From Candidatus Multivoradales bacterium (GTDB taxonomy: Bacteria > Acidobacteriota > Thermoanaerobaculia > Multivoradales > JAHEKO01): a stretch of DNA of 64,000 nt. The stretch lies in contig CBDCXM010000009.1 in the NCBI GenBank assembly GCA_965223855.1, forward strand, positions 1,856,001 through 1,920,000, read 5' to 3'. Below the pieces are notes generated by a model that ran no database searches, was not told the DNA's origin, and was given only the letters and a program-made list of their open reading frames with translations. This document shows positions 40,219 through 50,083 of the stretch, piece after piece. The translations under genes and the position numbers were made by a program. Each line of letters begins with the position of its first letter. Position 1 is the first letter of the stretch.

Positions 40219-41693
40219 CGCGGCGTCGCGTGCGTGCCTTCACACGGGCTTTCGGCGCGGTGCTGGCGCTGATCGTGGCGCTCCCGGCGGGCGCCGCCGA
40301 ACTCTCGCCGTCGGAAGGCTACGGCCTGGTGGCCGATCTCCTCTCGCTCGACGGCAAGGTTCGCAAGGCGGCCGCGGACCGTCTCGTCGAGAGCGGCGAT
40401 CTTTCACTCGTCGCCGGCATCGTCGACGCGATCTTCTTCTCGCCCCGGTCCGCACGCGGCGAGCTCTATCGCGCTCTCGAGGGGATGACCGGCGAGGCGA
40501 TCGAGGGCTACCACGACTGGATCGAGTGGGTCGGCGCCCATGACGAGATCGACCCGAAGCCCGGCTACGGAGAGTGGAAGCAGATCCTCTTCTCCCGCAT
40601 CGACGAGGGGTACCGGGCGATCTTCGGCCCCGGAACGGTGTCCCGGATCCGGCTGGAAGAGATTCTCTCCGGCGGGGTCGGTGTGGCGGGGATTCCGTCG
40701 CTCGACCATCCGCCGACGATGCCGGCGGCCGAGGCCGGCTACCTGAAGAAGGACGAGCTGGTCTTCGGCATCGAGATCGGCGACCAGGCGCGGGCGTACC
40801 CGGTGCGGTTCCTCTCCTGGCACGAGATGTCGAACGACGTCGTCGGAGGTGAGCCGATCACGCTCTCCTTCTGCACGCTTTGCGGCTCGGGGATCGTCTA
40901 CTCCGGCCGACATCCGACGCTCGGCACGCTCACCTTCGACACCTCAGGGCTCCTCTACCGCAGCAACAAGCTGATGCTCGACCGTGAGCACGGATCGCTG
41001 TGGAGCAACCTGACCGGTGAGCCGGTGGTCGGCGAGCTCGCCAGATCGGCCGGGCCGCTCGAAGTGCTGCCGTCGACGCTCACCACCTGGTCGGCCTGGG
41101 TGGAGCGCCATCCCGACACCGACGTCCTCGACCTCAACGCGATCGAGAAGCAGGTGAGGCCGGAGTACGGCTTCCGCTACGTGCCGGGGGCGGCCGATCG
41201 GGCACGCTCCGGCGTCGCCTTCCCGGTGTGGCGCAAGAACGATCGGCTGGAACGCAATGCCGAGGTCTATGCGCTTCGCTGGAACGGCGTCGCCAAGGCC
41301 TATCCGCTGGAGGTCGTCTTCGACGAACGCGTCGTGAACGACGTGCTCGGCGGGAGCGGCCTCGTGCTCGTCGGCGACCGTGAGGCCGGCGCGATCCGGG
41401 CCTTCGAGCGCGGCGAGAAACGCTTCTCGGTCGATGGAGATGGAGCGCTCGTCGACGAGGCGGGCGGACGCTGGGAGGTCCTGGAAGATCGTCTGCAGCT
41501 CATCGGAGCCGACACGCGGCTGCCGAGGCTGCCCGGACACGTCGCCTTCTGGTTCGGCTGGTACGCCTTCTACCCGAAGACCGAGCTCTACGAAGGGGCG
41601 GACGAGTCGACTGTTAGCATTCGCGGCACCCAGGCGGAGGAACGCCGGGTGTCGTCGCAACCCCAACCCCGCTCAGAAGCGGGCCGGAGGTAG
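40215..41693 (+). CDS. DUF3179 domain protein with CxxC
   Basis: GIPSLDHP, ARAYP..LSWHE..ND, FCTLCGSG, SGLLYRSNKLM.D....SLW, FWFGWYAFYP. Confidence 0.85.
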   Translation: MTRRRVRAFTRAFGAVLALIVALPAGAAELSPSEGYGLVADLLSLDGKVRKAAADRLVESGDLSLVAGIVDAIFFSPRSARGELYRALEGMTGEAIEGYHDWIEWVGAHDEIDPKPGYGEWKQILFSRIDEGYRAIFGPGTVSRIRLEEILSGGVGVAGIPSLDHPPTMPAAEAGYLKKDELVFGIEIGDQARAYPVRFLSWHEMSNDVVGGEPITLSFCTLCGSGIVYSGRHPTLGTLTFDTSGLLYRSNKLMLDREHGSLWSNLTGEPVVGELARSAGPLEVLPSTLTTWSAWVERHPDTDVLDLNAIEKQVRPEYGFRYVPGAADRARSGVAFPVWRKNDRLERNAEVYALRWNGVAKAYPLEVVFDERVVNDVLGGSGLVLVGDREAGAIRAFERGEKRFSVDGDGALVDEAGGRWEVLEDRLQLIGADTRLPRLPGHVAFWFGWYAFYPKTELYEGADESTVSIRGTQAEERRVSSQPQPRSEAGRR

Positions 41694-41696
41694 GAA

Positions 41697-43865
41697 ATGA
41701 AAGCGTTGCGCCGTTATCTGATCGTGCTGCTGGCCCCGGCCTTGTGGCTGGGGCCTTTCTGTCTGCAGGCGCAGGAGCTCGACGAGAGTTTCGATGCCGA
41801 GGCGGACGTGATCGAAGTCGAAATCCCGGTCAATGTGGTGGCGCGCAACGGCGAACCGTTGCGCGGTCTGACGGCGGAGGATTTCGAGATCGTCGACGAA
41901 GGAAAGAAACAGACGATCACCGGCTTCCGGGTCGTCGATCTCAGCCTGGTCGAGCCGGGCCGCACCCGCACCGAGGTCGAAGCCGCGGTGCCCGCTCTGG
42001 CGAGACGGCATTTTCTTTTTCTTTTCGATCTGAGCTTCTCGCGTCCTCCCGCTCTGCTCAGGGCACGCGAGGCGGCGCGCAAGTTCGTACTCGAGAATCT
42101 GCATCCGACGGATCTCGCGGCGGTGGCAACGCAGTCGGTCGAGGGAGGTACGAAGCTACTCGTCACCTTTACTCCCGACCGGGCTCAGATCGCACGCGCT
42201 CTCGACACCCTCGGTGCTCCGCGCCTGCTGAATCTGGCGCGTAGGGATCCGCTGCGTTTCTTCATCGAGGACCCCGAGACCGATTCCCTGCGAGCGAGTC
42301 AGGAGCTCAACGATCTCTCCAACATCCAACAGACGACGGGCCTGCAGCAGAGCGTGCTGGCCCACTTGCGGGTGATCGGCAAGGAGATGGCGAAGCAGGA
42401 GAAGAACTTCGCCCGCGGCCGGATCGGTTCGTGGTCTCGCTCGATGGGGGAACTCGCCCGCTACCTCGACAGCATCCAGGGCCGCAAGCATGTGGTGCTG
42501 TTTTCAGAAGGCTTCGACGGACGTTTGCTGCTCGGGCGCCAGCCTAACGCCGAAGACCGCGATGCCGTAGAAGATCAGCAGAATCTGCTGCGTGGTGACC
42601 ACTTTCTGGTCGACACGGACGACCTGTATGGCAATACCGATCTGCAGTCGTCGTTCCGCGACATGCTCGACGAGTTCCGGCGTGCCGATTGTGTGATCCA
42701 GTCGGTCGATATCTCGGGTTTGCGCGCCGACACCGGTGCGCAAACCCGAGTCGCCAACACCGGTCAGGACGCTTTGTTTTACATTGCAAACGACACCGGC
42801 GGGACGCTGTTCGAGGATGCCAACAATTTCGGCGACCAGTTGGAGGATGTTCTCGAGCGATCGAACGTGACCTATCTATTGAGTTTCGAGCCGAGCCACA
42901 TCGAGTACGACGGTGCCTATCATCGGTTGAAGGTCAAGGCGGACCTTCCGCGAGGCGCCAAGATCGCAGCTCGCGCGGGCTACTACGCGCCGCGGCCCTA
43001 CGATCAGCTCCATCCGCTCGAGAAGGGACTCATGGCGTCCGATGCGATCGCGAAGGTCGAAGAGGTCGACGACGTCGAACTCAACGTGCTGACGGCGGCG
43101 TTTCGCGCGAGCGACTCGGAGGCCTACGTGCCGGTCATCATCGAGGCGCGCGGAGCCGGACTTCTCGAAGGCCACGACCAGGATGAGCTGCCGGTCGAGA
43201 TCTTCACCTACGTGACCAACGAACACGGCGAGATGAAGGATTTCTTCACCCAGCGCGTGGCTCTCGACCTGTCGCGGACGCGCGAAGTTTTCGCCGAGAC
43301 CGGCCTCAAGTACTACGGCCACCTCGAGCTGCCGCCCGGGGAGTACCGGGTGCGCGTGATGACGAGGAACGCCGTCACCGGCCGCGCCGGCGTGACCGCC
43401 GTGCCGCTCTCGGTGCCTGCCTATGCAACCGCCGAGGCGGTGCTCCTGCCGCCGTTCTTCCTCGAGAGTCAGGGACAGTGGTTCCTGGTGCGCGAGCAGT
43501 TGCAGAGCGACTACCAGAAGTCGGTGGTCTACCCCTTCACGGTGAACGGCGAGCCTTATGTCCCGGCGGCGCGACCGGAGTTCTCGCAGCCCGAGGAGAA
43601 GCAGGTCTGCGTCGTGGCGTACAACCTCACCAGCGAGAGCCCGAAGCTCGACGGCACCATCGTCGACGAACAGGGGAAGGTGGTGAGGAGCGTGTCGCTC
43701 AACGGCGCGGAACGCACGGTCACCGGGATCGACGGCCTGGACAAGTTCCTTGCGACCTTCAGCCCCGGCGGTCTCGACGTCGGCAGCTACACGCTGCAGG
43801 TCGCCGTGACCGACATGGGCAACGGGAGCACCCAGACGGCGTCGATTCCCTTCGACGTCAACTGA
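41697..43865 (+). CDS. Secreted VWA domain protein (acidobacterial VWFA type)
   Basis: GEPLRGLTAEDFEI, DLSFS (MIDAS DxSxS), GRKHVVLFSEG, TGG...YLLSF, RAGYY, C-terminal Ig-like domains. Confidence 0.88.
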   Translation: MKALRRYLIVLLAPALWLGPFCLQAQELDESFDAEADVIEVEIPVNVVARNGEPLRGLTAEDFEIVDEGKKQTITGFRVVDLSLVEPGRTRTEVEAAVPALARRHFLFLFDLSFSRPPALLRAREAARKFVLENLHPTDLAAVATQSVEGGTKLLVTFTPDRAQIARALDTLGAPRLLNLARRDPLRFFIEDPETDSLRASQELNDLSNIQQTTGLQQSVLAHLRVIGKEMAKQEKNFARGRIGSWSRSMGELARYLDSIQGRKHVVLFSEGFDGRLLLGRQPNAEDRDAVEDQQNLLRGDHFLVDTDDLYGNTDLQSSFRDMLDEFRRADCVIQSVDISGLRADTGAQTRVANTGQDALFYIANDTGGTLFEDANNFGDQLEDVLERSNVTYLLSFEPSHIEYDGAYHRLKVKADLPRGAKIAARAGYYAPRPYDQLHPLEKGLMASDAIAKVEEVDDVELNVLTAAFRASDSEAYVPVIIEARGAGLLEGHDQDELPVEIFTYVTNEHGEMKDFFTQRVALDLSRTREVFAETGLKYYGHLELPPGEYRVRVMTRNAVTGRAGVTAVPLSVPAYATAEAVLLPPFFLESQGQWFLVREQLQSDYQKSVVYPFTVNGEPYVPAARPEFSQPEEKQVCVVAYNLTSESPKLDGTIVDEQGKVVRSVSLNGAERTVTGIDGLDKFLATFSPGGLDVGSYTLQVAVTDMGNGSTQTASIPFDVN

Positions 43866-43941
43866 GTCGGGCAGAGGCTTTCGAGGTTTCCCGGCGTCGC
43901 CACGCCGGCGGAATCGGGCGTAGGATGGGACTGTTGTGAAG

Positions 43942-44126
43942 CTAGCTCGGACTTCTCACGCCGCTGCAGCCTGGTAGGCCGTATGTCACTGAATCTACTT
44001 CGTTTTCCGGTCGCTGCGCTCCTCGACGTAGCTACGGCTATGTCTCCAGTGCTCGCGACCGGAAGCCTCGCATCTTCAGCAACCTACGACCTACCAGACC
44101 ACTCCGGCGTGAGAAGTCCGGGCTAG
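43942..44126. repeat. MITE-like palindromic element, copy 2 (185 bp)
   Basis: 22-bp terminal inverted repeats CTAGCTCGGACTTCTCACGCCG / CGGCGTGAGAAGTCCGGGCTAG (1 mismatch). Homologous to 3641-3840. Confidence 0.88.
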
Positions 44127-44155
44127 CAACGAACCGAACTCGGGAGGATTTCGCC

Positions 44156-46273
44156 ATGCCGCGTAGCTCGTTTTCTCTGGCGCTCGCCGCCATCACGCTC
44201 TCGGCGTCCATTGTCGTCGCTCAGGACCGCTTCGGGGACGCCACCGACGTCGTCGTCGTCGAGGTTCCCGTACAGGTGCTGCGCGACGGCAAGCCGGTGC
44301 GAGGGCTGACGAAAGACGACTTCGAGGTTCTCGACGGTCGCAAGGAGGTCGACATCATCGCCTTCGACGTCATCGACCTCACGATCAGCGAGCCCGGGAG
44401 CGACGACTGGGAGCCCCAGACGGTACCCGCCGCCGGCCGGCGGCACTTCCTCCTTTTCTTCGATCTCTCGTTCTCGAACCCGGCGTCGATCGTCAAGGCG
44501 AGGGAGGCGGCGAAATCGCTCGTGAGGACTTCGATGCACCCCTCGGACCTGATCGGCGTGGCGACCTACTCCGCCTCAGAAGGGGTACGCTTCCCGCTCG
44601 GTTTCACTTCGGACCGGCGCCAGGTCGTCGTCGCGATCGACACCCTCGGGCTGCCGCAGATGGTCGAAACGGTGCGTGATCCGCTCGGCATCATCCTCGC
44701 CGACAACGAGGGGCTAAGGGAGGTCGAGATCTTCGGCCAGGACGCCGGCGGCGGCAATGCCGCCGGCATCGACGCCGAGGCGGAGATCCGTGAGGTTCTC
44801 GAGAGAATCGAGCGCGACGAGCAGGCGGCCACGAGCCGCAACGAGATCCTTGCTCTGTCGAGCGCGATGGGTGGCCTCGCCGATGCCCTCAACAGCATCG
44901 ACGGCCGCAAGCACGTCCTCTTCCTGTCGGAAGGCTTCGACAGCACCGTGGTGGTGGGCAGCGCCCGCGGAGCGACCTTCGAAGAGCAGCGACGGATCCA
45001 GCAGGTCAACGAGGCGGCGGCGTCGGGCCGTGTGTGGGAGGTGCAGTCGGACGAGCGCTTCGGCAATACCCAGACCCAGAACCAGCTCACCCAGATGCTC
45101 GACGAGTTCGTGCGGGCCGACGCGACGATCGAGGCGATCGACATCGGCGGGCTGCGCGACGCCTCCAACACTCGCAACGAGGACGGGCTCTTCCTGATGG
45201 CGAACGAGACCGGCGGCCAGTTCGTGAGCAATTTCAACGATCTGGGAGAGGCGATCGGAACGGTGCTGGAACGCACCAGCGTCACGTACCTGCTGGCCTT
45301 CTCGCCGCGGGAGGTGCGCTACGACGGCAAGTTCCGTGAGATCAAGGTGAAGCTCACGGACGGCGGTCGTGGCACGCGGGTCGTGCACCGCCCGGGCTAC
45401 TTCGATCCGCAGCCGATGTCCGCGATGTCTGGGATCGAGCGCCAGCTGTCCGCCGCGAACGCGATCATGGCGGGCCGGGCGGGGGGCGCGGTTTCCACCG
45501 CGGCGATCGCCGGCGCCTTCCCCCACGACGGCGACGTCTCCTACGTGCCGGTGCTCGTCGAGGCGGACGGACGCTCCCTGATCGGCAAGTTGAAGGGCAA
45601 GGTCCTGCCGACCGAGGTGTTCGCCTACGCCATCGACTCGAGCGGCGAGGTGCGCGACTACTTCTCGCAGACTCTCGGCCTCGACCTCGCCAAGGCGAGA
45701 GCGGCGCTCGAACAGACCGGCTTCAAGTTCTGGGGCAACCTCGAGCTGCCGCCGGGCGACTACGAGATCAAGGTGCTCGTCCGCAATGCCGAGACCGGCG
45801 ATTCCGGTCTGAGCATCGCTGCCGTCACCGTGCCGGGTAACGAAGCGGGCATGTCCCTGCTGCCGCCTTTCCTGCCGGAGCCCGGTGGGAAGTGGCTGCT
45901 GGCGCGCGAGCAGGGGGTCGACCCTTCGACCTACAGCTACCCCTACATGCTCGGTGATCAGGCGTTCATCCCCGCAGCCCGCCCGGCGCTGGGCGGCAGC
46001 GGCGCGCAGACCGTGAGCCTCGTCGGCTACCGGCTCGGGGGGGAGTCGATCGCAGCGCGTGCGGAACTGATCGATGCGAGTGGCAACAGCATCGAAGGTG
46101 TCGCCTTCCAGCTCACCGGCCGCTTCGCCGGCCGCGACGGGCTCGAGCAGCTCGTCGGTGATCTGTCGCTGGAGTCGATCCCGGCCGGCAGCTACGAGCT
46201 GAGGATGTCGGTGCGCGACATGGAGAGCGGTGCCACCGTGTCGAGTTCGGTCCCGGTCGACGTAGCGCTCTGA
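44156..46273 (+). CDS. Secreted VWA domain protein (paralogue of 41697)
   Basis: GKPVRGLTKDDFEV, DLSFS, GRKHVLFLSEG, ETGG, RPGYF. GGGAGG RBS. Confidence 0.88.
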   Translation: MPRSSFSLALAAITLSASIVVAQDRFGDATDVVVVEVPVQVLRDGKPVRGLTKDDFEVLDGRKEVDIIAFDVIDLTISEPGSDDWEPQTVPAAGRRHFLLFFDLSFSNPASIVKAREAAKSLVRTSMHPSDLIGVATYSASEGVRFPLGFTSDRRQVVVAIDTLGLPQMVETVRDPLGIILADNEGLREVEIFGQDAGGGNAAGIDAEAEIREVLERIERDEQAATSRNEILALSSAMGGLADALNSIDGRKHVLFLSEGFDSTVVVGSARGATFEEQRRIQQVNEAAASGRVWEVQSDERFGNTQTQNQLTQMLDEFVRADATIEAIDIGGLRDASNTRNEDGLFLMANETGGQFVSNFNDLGEAIGTVLERTSVTYLLAFSPREVRYDGKFREIKVKLTDGGRGTRVVHRPGYFDPQPMSAMSGIERQLSAANAIMAGRAGGAVSTAAIAGAFPHDGDVSYVPVLVEADGRSLIGKLKGKVLPTEVFAYAIDSSGEVRDYFSQTLGLDLAKARAALEQTGFKFWGNLELPPGDYEIKVLVRNAETGDSGLSIAAVTVPGNEAGMSLLPPFLPEPGGKWLLAREQGVDPSTYSYPYMLGDQAFIPAARPALGGSGAQTVSLVGYRLGGESIAARAELIDASGNSIEGVAFQLTGRFAGRDGLEQLVGDLSLESIPAGSYELRMSVRDMESGATVSSSVPVDVAL

Positions 46274-46283
46274 GCCGGCGGGA

Positions 46284-48245
46284 TCAACGCCAGGGCGACC
46301 GGACGGGAGAGCCGTTGCGGTAGCGGTCGAGGTCTTCGGAGAGGGCGGCCGCCAGCCCTTCGTCGCCCGCGTTCCGTGATTCGACGAGCAGCCTCTCGGC
46401 CAGCCCGACGGCCTCCTCGAGCTGGCCGACCTCCGCGAGCGCCATCGCCAGGGTGCGGCCACGATCGAGGGTCGGTGCCGAGCGGATGAGTCCGCCGGCG
46501 ATCTCGAGCGCCCCTGGGCCGTCGCGCACGGAGTCGTCGTCGGAGGTGGCCAGCAGACGTGCGAGGGTGTTCTGCACCTCCGGCTGTCCGGGTTCGAGCC
46601 GAAGGCTCGATTCGAGGTGACTCCGGGCGTCGCGGTCGCGGCCGGCGAGCAGGAGGGCGATGGTGCGTCCGAGGCGACTCTCCCGGTCGCCAGGGTCGAT
46701 TTCCAGTGCGGCCGCGAAATGGTCCGCGGCCTCCGAGAAGCGCTGTTCGCGCCCTGCGATCGTCGCCAGCAGCCGGTGCGCGTCGATGAGTTGCGGTGTC
46801 AGCTCGAGGGCTCGCTCCAGACTGCCGCGGGCCGCGCCCAGATCACCCCGGCGCATGGCGATCGTCGCCAGCTGGAACTGCGCCGCCGCCTGCGACGGCT
46901 CGTCTGCCGTCGGCGCCAGATCCCGGAGGGCCCGAGCGGCGTCGTCGTCGCGTCCGATGGCGGACAGCACCTGGGCGATCCCGAGCACGACCTCGGCGTC
47001 GCCGGGGGCGCGTGCCAGGAGCGCGTCGAGGTCCTCGAGGGCGTCGTCGCTGCGGCCGAGGCGCGCCCATAGGAGATTGCGCTGCACCCGGCTCGAACGG
47101 TCCTGCGGGTCGATCGCGATGGCCGATTCGTAGTGCGTCAGCGCCTCCTCGAACTCGCCCTGTGTCGCCAGCAGTCCGGCGAGATTGACGTGCGAGTCCG
47201 AGTGGTTCGGGTCGAGTGCCAGGGCACCTTCGAGGTGCTCCCGTGCCTCTCCGAGCCGACCCACCCGACCGAGAAGGGTGCCGAGGTTGTAGCGCGCGCT
47301 GATGTCTTGCGGGGCACGTCGAATCGCTTCCTCGAACTGTGCGATCGCCTCGTCGACCGCACCGAGCTCGGCGAGAACGTCGGCGAGGGCGAGCCGGGCG
47401 TCGAGCAGGTCGGGTCGCTCCCGCAGCGCCAGCCGGTAGGCATCGATCGCCGTTTCGAGGTCGCCGGCGATCCGCGACTGCGCTGCCAGGGTGACGTAAC
47501 GCGAAGCGCCTCTCATCAGTGAGCCGAGCACCTCGATCGGCGGGTCGGGGAACCTCACCGGCTCGCGCCCCTGCCGGGAGAGCAGCTCGCGGGCGCGTTC
47601 GCGATCGCCGAGAGCCCGGTAGGCGAGGCCGAGCTGATAGGCCGCGGCGGTGGCCTGAGGCTGTTCCCTGAGGACCTCCTCGAGCAGGGGGGCAGCGATC
47701 TCCGGCTCCCCCTGCATCGTCGCGATCTGGGCGATGCCGTATCGGGCCGCGGCGGTTCCCGGCACCCGCTCCAGCACCGCCTCGAACTGCAGGCGAGCGT
47801 CTTCGAGCCGGCCGGCAGTGAGCAGAACCCGGGCGAGTCGGATCTGTGCCGGCAACCAGTCCGGCCGCAGTTCCAACGCGCGACGGAACCTCGCCTCGGC
47901 AGCCGCCGGGCGGCCGTCCTGCTCGTCGAGCACGCCGAGGTAGTACTCCCACAGAGGGTCGTCCGGCGCGCCCTTCGCCGCCTCCTCGAAGGCATCCCGA
48001 GCCGCGTCGAGCAGTTCGTAGGCGAGGAGCACGCGGCCGAGCTCGCCGTGGGCTCTAGCAGCGTCGTCGGCCTCGGCGCCGCTCGCGAGGGCGAGCATCT
48101 CCTCGACATGAGCCCGGATCGCCGGCTCCATGAGAGACAGGTCGGGTCGCGGGACGTCGGCCACCGCCAGGGTGGCAGACGCGATCCACGCGACGGCAGC
48201 GGCGCAGATCCGGCCCATCCGGGTGAAGGGGCGCCTGCCGGTCAC
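46284..48245 (-). CDS. Secreted tetratricopeptide repeat protein (paralogue of 13800)
   Basis: GTGA overlap with the upstream CRTAC1 gene; TPRs; C-terminal LARLLATS...RDG...TLAMALAE...Y..G.P.R.PW. Confidence 0.88.
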   Translation of the reverse strand: MTGRRPFTRMGRICAAAVAWIASATLAVADVPRPDLSLMEPAIRAHVEEMLALASGAEADDAARAHGELGRVLLAYELLDAARDAFEEAAKGAPDDPLWEYYLGVLDEQDGRPAAAEARFRRALELRPDWLPAQIRLARVLLTAGRLEDARLQFEAVLERVPGTAAARYGIAQIATMQGEPEIAAPLLEEVLREQPQATAAAYQLGLAYRALGDRERARELLSRQGREPVRFPDPPIEVLGSLMRGASRYVTLAAQSRIAGDLETAIDAYRLALRERPDLLDARLALADVLAELGAVDEAIAQFEEAIRRAPQDISARYNLGTLLGRVGRLGEAREHLEGALALDPNHSDSHVNLAGLLATQGEFEEALTHYESAIAIDPQDRSSRVQRNLLWARLGRSDDALEDLDALLARAPGDAEVVLGIAQVLSAIGRDDDAARALRDLAPTADEPSQAAAQFQLATIAMRRGDLGAARGSLERALELTPQLIDAHRLLATIAGREQRFSEAADHFAAALEIDPGDRESRLGRTIALLLAGRDRDARSHLESSLRLEPGQPEVQNTLARLLATSDDDSVRDGPGALEIAGGLIRSAPTLDRGRTLAMALAEVGQLEEAVGLAERLLVESRNAGDEGLAAALSEDLDRYRNGSPVRSPWR

Positions 48246-50047
48246 GGCGCCGCGAGGTCGGCCCACACGAGCACCCTGGCGGACGGAACTCCGCTCAGCC
48301 GGATCGAGCGCGCTCCCGGCCGGGTCAGTGTGACGCTCTCGATCGGAGTCGAAGCGCCGAGAAACACGCGCGGATCCCGTGCCGAAGCGTAGCTGCCGTC
48401 TCGCCTCGAGCGGCGCCACAGGGTCTCTCCCGAGGCGGTCTCGGCGCGAGCCTTCCAGCCGGTGCCGCCATCGCGCGAAGAGATGCCGAGCCATGGATTG
48501 GCAGGTGGAGCGCCGAGGAGGAGTCGGACCGGGCCGTCGTTGTTGCTGACCGCGATGTCCTCGTCGCCGTCGTTGTCGACGTCGCCGAAAGCGGAGCCGC
48601 GGCTGACCTCCGAGACGGCGAAGGCGGGCGCCGTGCCGCTGACCTCCTCGAATCGCCCGTCCCTCAGATTGCGGAAGATCTGGTTCGGCTGGTGGAGCGG
48701 GAACGGGTCTCCCGCCTCGACGAGCTCCTCGATCGCCCGAACGGCACCGTTGGCGACGAACAGATCGAGCCGGCCGTCGCGGTCGAAATCGATCCAGCCG
48801 GTGCCGAAGCCGGTGGCGACCCAACTGGTGCTGCCGAGGCCGGAGGTGACTGTCGCGTCATCGAAGACGCCCGTGCCGTCGTTGACGTACAGGGTGTTCG
48901 TCTCCCCTGTGAGGTGCGCCATGAAGAGGTCTTCGTCGCCGTCGCCGTCGAAGTCCCCGGCATCGACCCCCATCGACGCCTCGGGCTTGCCTTCCCAGTT
49001 GACGGCGGCACCGGCGAAGACCGCGTCGTTGAGAAACGAGCCGTCGCGCTGGTTGATCCGCAACTGGTTGGCCGTCATGTCGTTGGCGACGTAGAGGTCG
49101 ATCCAGTCGTCGCCGTTGAAGTCGGTGGCGACGACCCCCAGGGCGCCGCCGAACTCCTCCAATGCGCCTGAGGCAGGCGTGCCGTCCTCGAAGGTGCCGT
49201 CGCCGCGGTTGCGCAACAGACGGTCGGGAAAGGGACGGAAGGCGAGCGGCCCGCAATAGTCGGGTGCCCCGGTCGCATTGGTGCACGACGAGCCGGAAGT
49301 GAAGCGCTGGTCGACGTAGTTGCCGACGTAGAGGTCGAGGTGCCCGTCCCGATCGAAATCGGCGAAGGCTGCGGAGACGCTCCACCGGATGTCTCCGGCG
49401 CCGGAGGTCTCGGTGACGTCGGAGAAGGTGCCGTCGCCGTTGTTGCGCAGCAACTGATTGGGGCCGAAGTTGGTGACGTAGAGGTCGGTGTCGCCATCCC
49501 CGTCGTAGTCGCCGGCCGCGACGCCCATGCCGTAGTGAGGGGCGTCGATCGCGCTCGCCTCGGTCCGATCGACAAAGGCCAGCCGCAGCGCACCGTCGGC
49601 GTCGGCCCAGGCGTCGTTGCGATAGAGCCGGTCGGTCAGGGGCAACGAGCCGTCCGCCGGGGAGACGAGGGCGTCCTCGAGGGACTCTTCCGGGTTGGGA
49701 ATCCCCCCCTGGACGAGATAGAGATCGAGGTCACCGTCGCCGTCGAAGTCGAGCAGGCCGAGACCCGAACCGGTCACCTCGACGAGGTAGAGCCCGCCCG
49801 TGCGACCGTTGAAGTGGCGAAAGTCGAGGCCGGCCGTCTCGCCGACCTCCTCGAAGAGCGGTTTCGCCGCGCCTTCGGCGCGAGCGACTCCGGAGCCCAC
49901 GCCGGTGATGATCGCGAGAAGGGCCGCCAGCGCAAGTCGGGCCGGGCCTCGGGGGCGGGTCGCCCGCGACTGCGTCCGGGGGGACTGCGACTGCGACTGG
50001 GGCTGTGGCTGGGGCTGGGGCTGGGGCTGCGAGACGGGCTCCGACAC
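48242..50047 (-). CDS. CRTAC1/ASPIC-UnbV family protein (subfamily B, HFNG type; paralogue of 12034)
   Basis: FRHFNGRTGGLYLVEVTGSG, DYCGP, PEASMG, DGSYASARD. N-terminal (PQ)n(SQ)n hexamer repeat at 49983-50030. Confidence 0.9.
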   Translation of the reverse strand: MSEPVSQPQPQPQPQPQSQSQSPRTQSRATRPRGPARLALAALLAIITGVGSGVARAEGAAKPLFEEVGETAGLDFRHFNGRTGGLYLVEVTGSGLGLLDFDGDGDLDLYLVQGGIPNPEESLEDALVSPADGSLPLTDRLYRNDAWADADGALRLAFVDRTEASAIDAPHYGMGVAAGDYDGDGDTDLYVTNFGPNQLLRNNGDGTFSDVTETSGAGDIRWSVSAAFADFDRDGHLDLYVGNYVDQRFTSGSSCTNATGAPDYCGPLAFRPFPDRLLRNRGDGTFEDGTPASGALEEFGGALGVVATDFNGDDWIDLYVANDMTANQLRINQRDGSFLNDAVFAGAAVNWEGKPEASMGVDAGDFDGDGDEDLFMAHLTGETNTLYVNDGTGVFDDATVTSGLGSTSWVATGFGTGWIDFDRDGRLDLFVANGAVRAIEELVEAGDPFPLHQPNQIFRNLRDGRFEEVSGTAPAFAVSEVSRGSAFGDVDNDGDEDIAVSNNDGPVRLLLGAPPANPWLGISSRDGGTGWKARAETASGETLWRRSRRDGSYASARDPRVFLGASTPIESVTLTRPGARSIRLSGVPSARVLVWADLAAP

Positions 50048-50083
50048 GGCGGGACTCTACCAGCCGTCGGCTATCATGCCGGG
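50048..50083. promoter_or_regulatory. Compact bidirectional promoter, probably leaderless in both directions
   Basis: TAGAGT (minus, 50059-50054) lies 6 nt from GTG 50047; TATCAT (plus, 50072-50077) lies 6 nt from GTG 50084. No SD on either side. Confidence 0.55.

Noticed and set aside
40872-40883. Selenocysteine in DUF3179
   Set aside because: Both codons of the CxxC motif are TGC; there is no in-frame TGA.
231-50047. Enediyne biosynthetic cluster (because of UnbV domains)
   Set aside because: No PKS, thioesterase, UnbL or UnbU-like gene is recognisable in the window.
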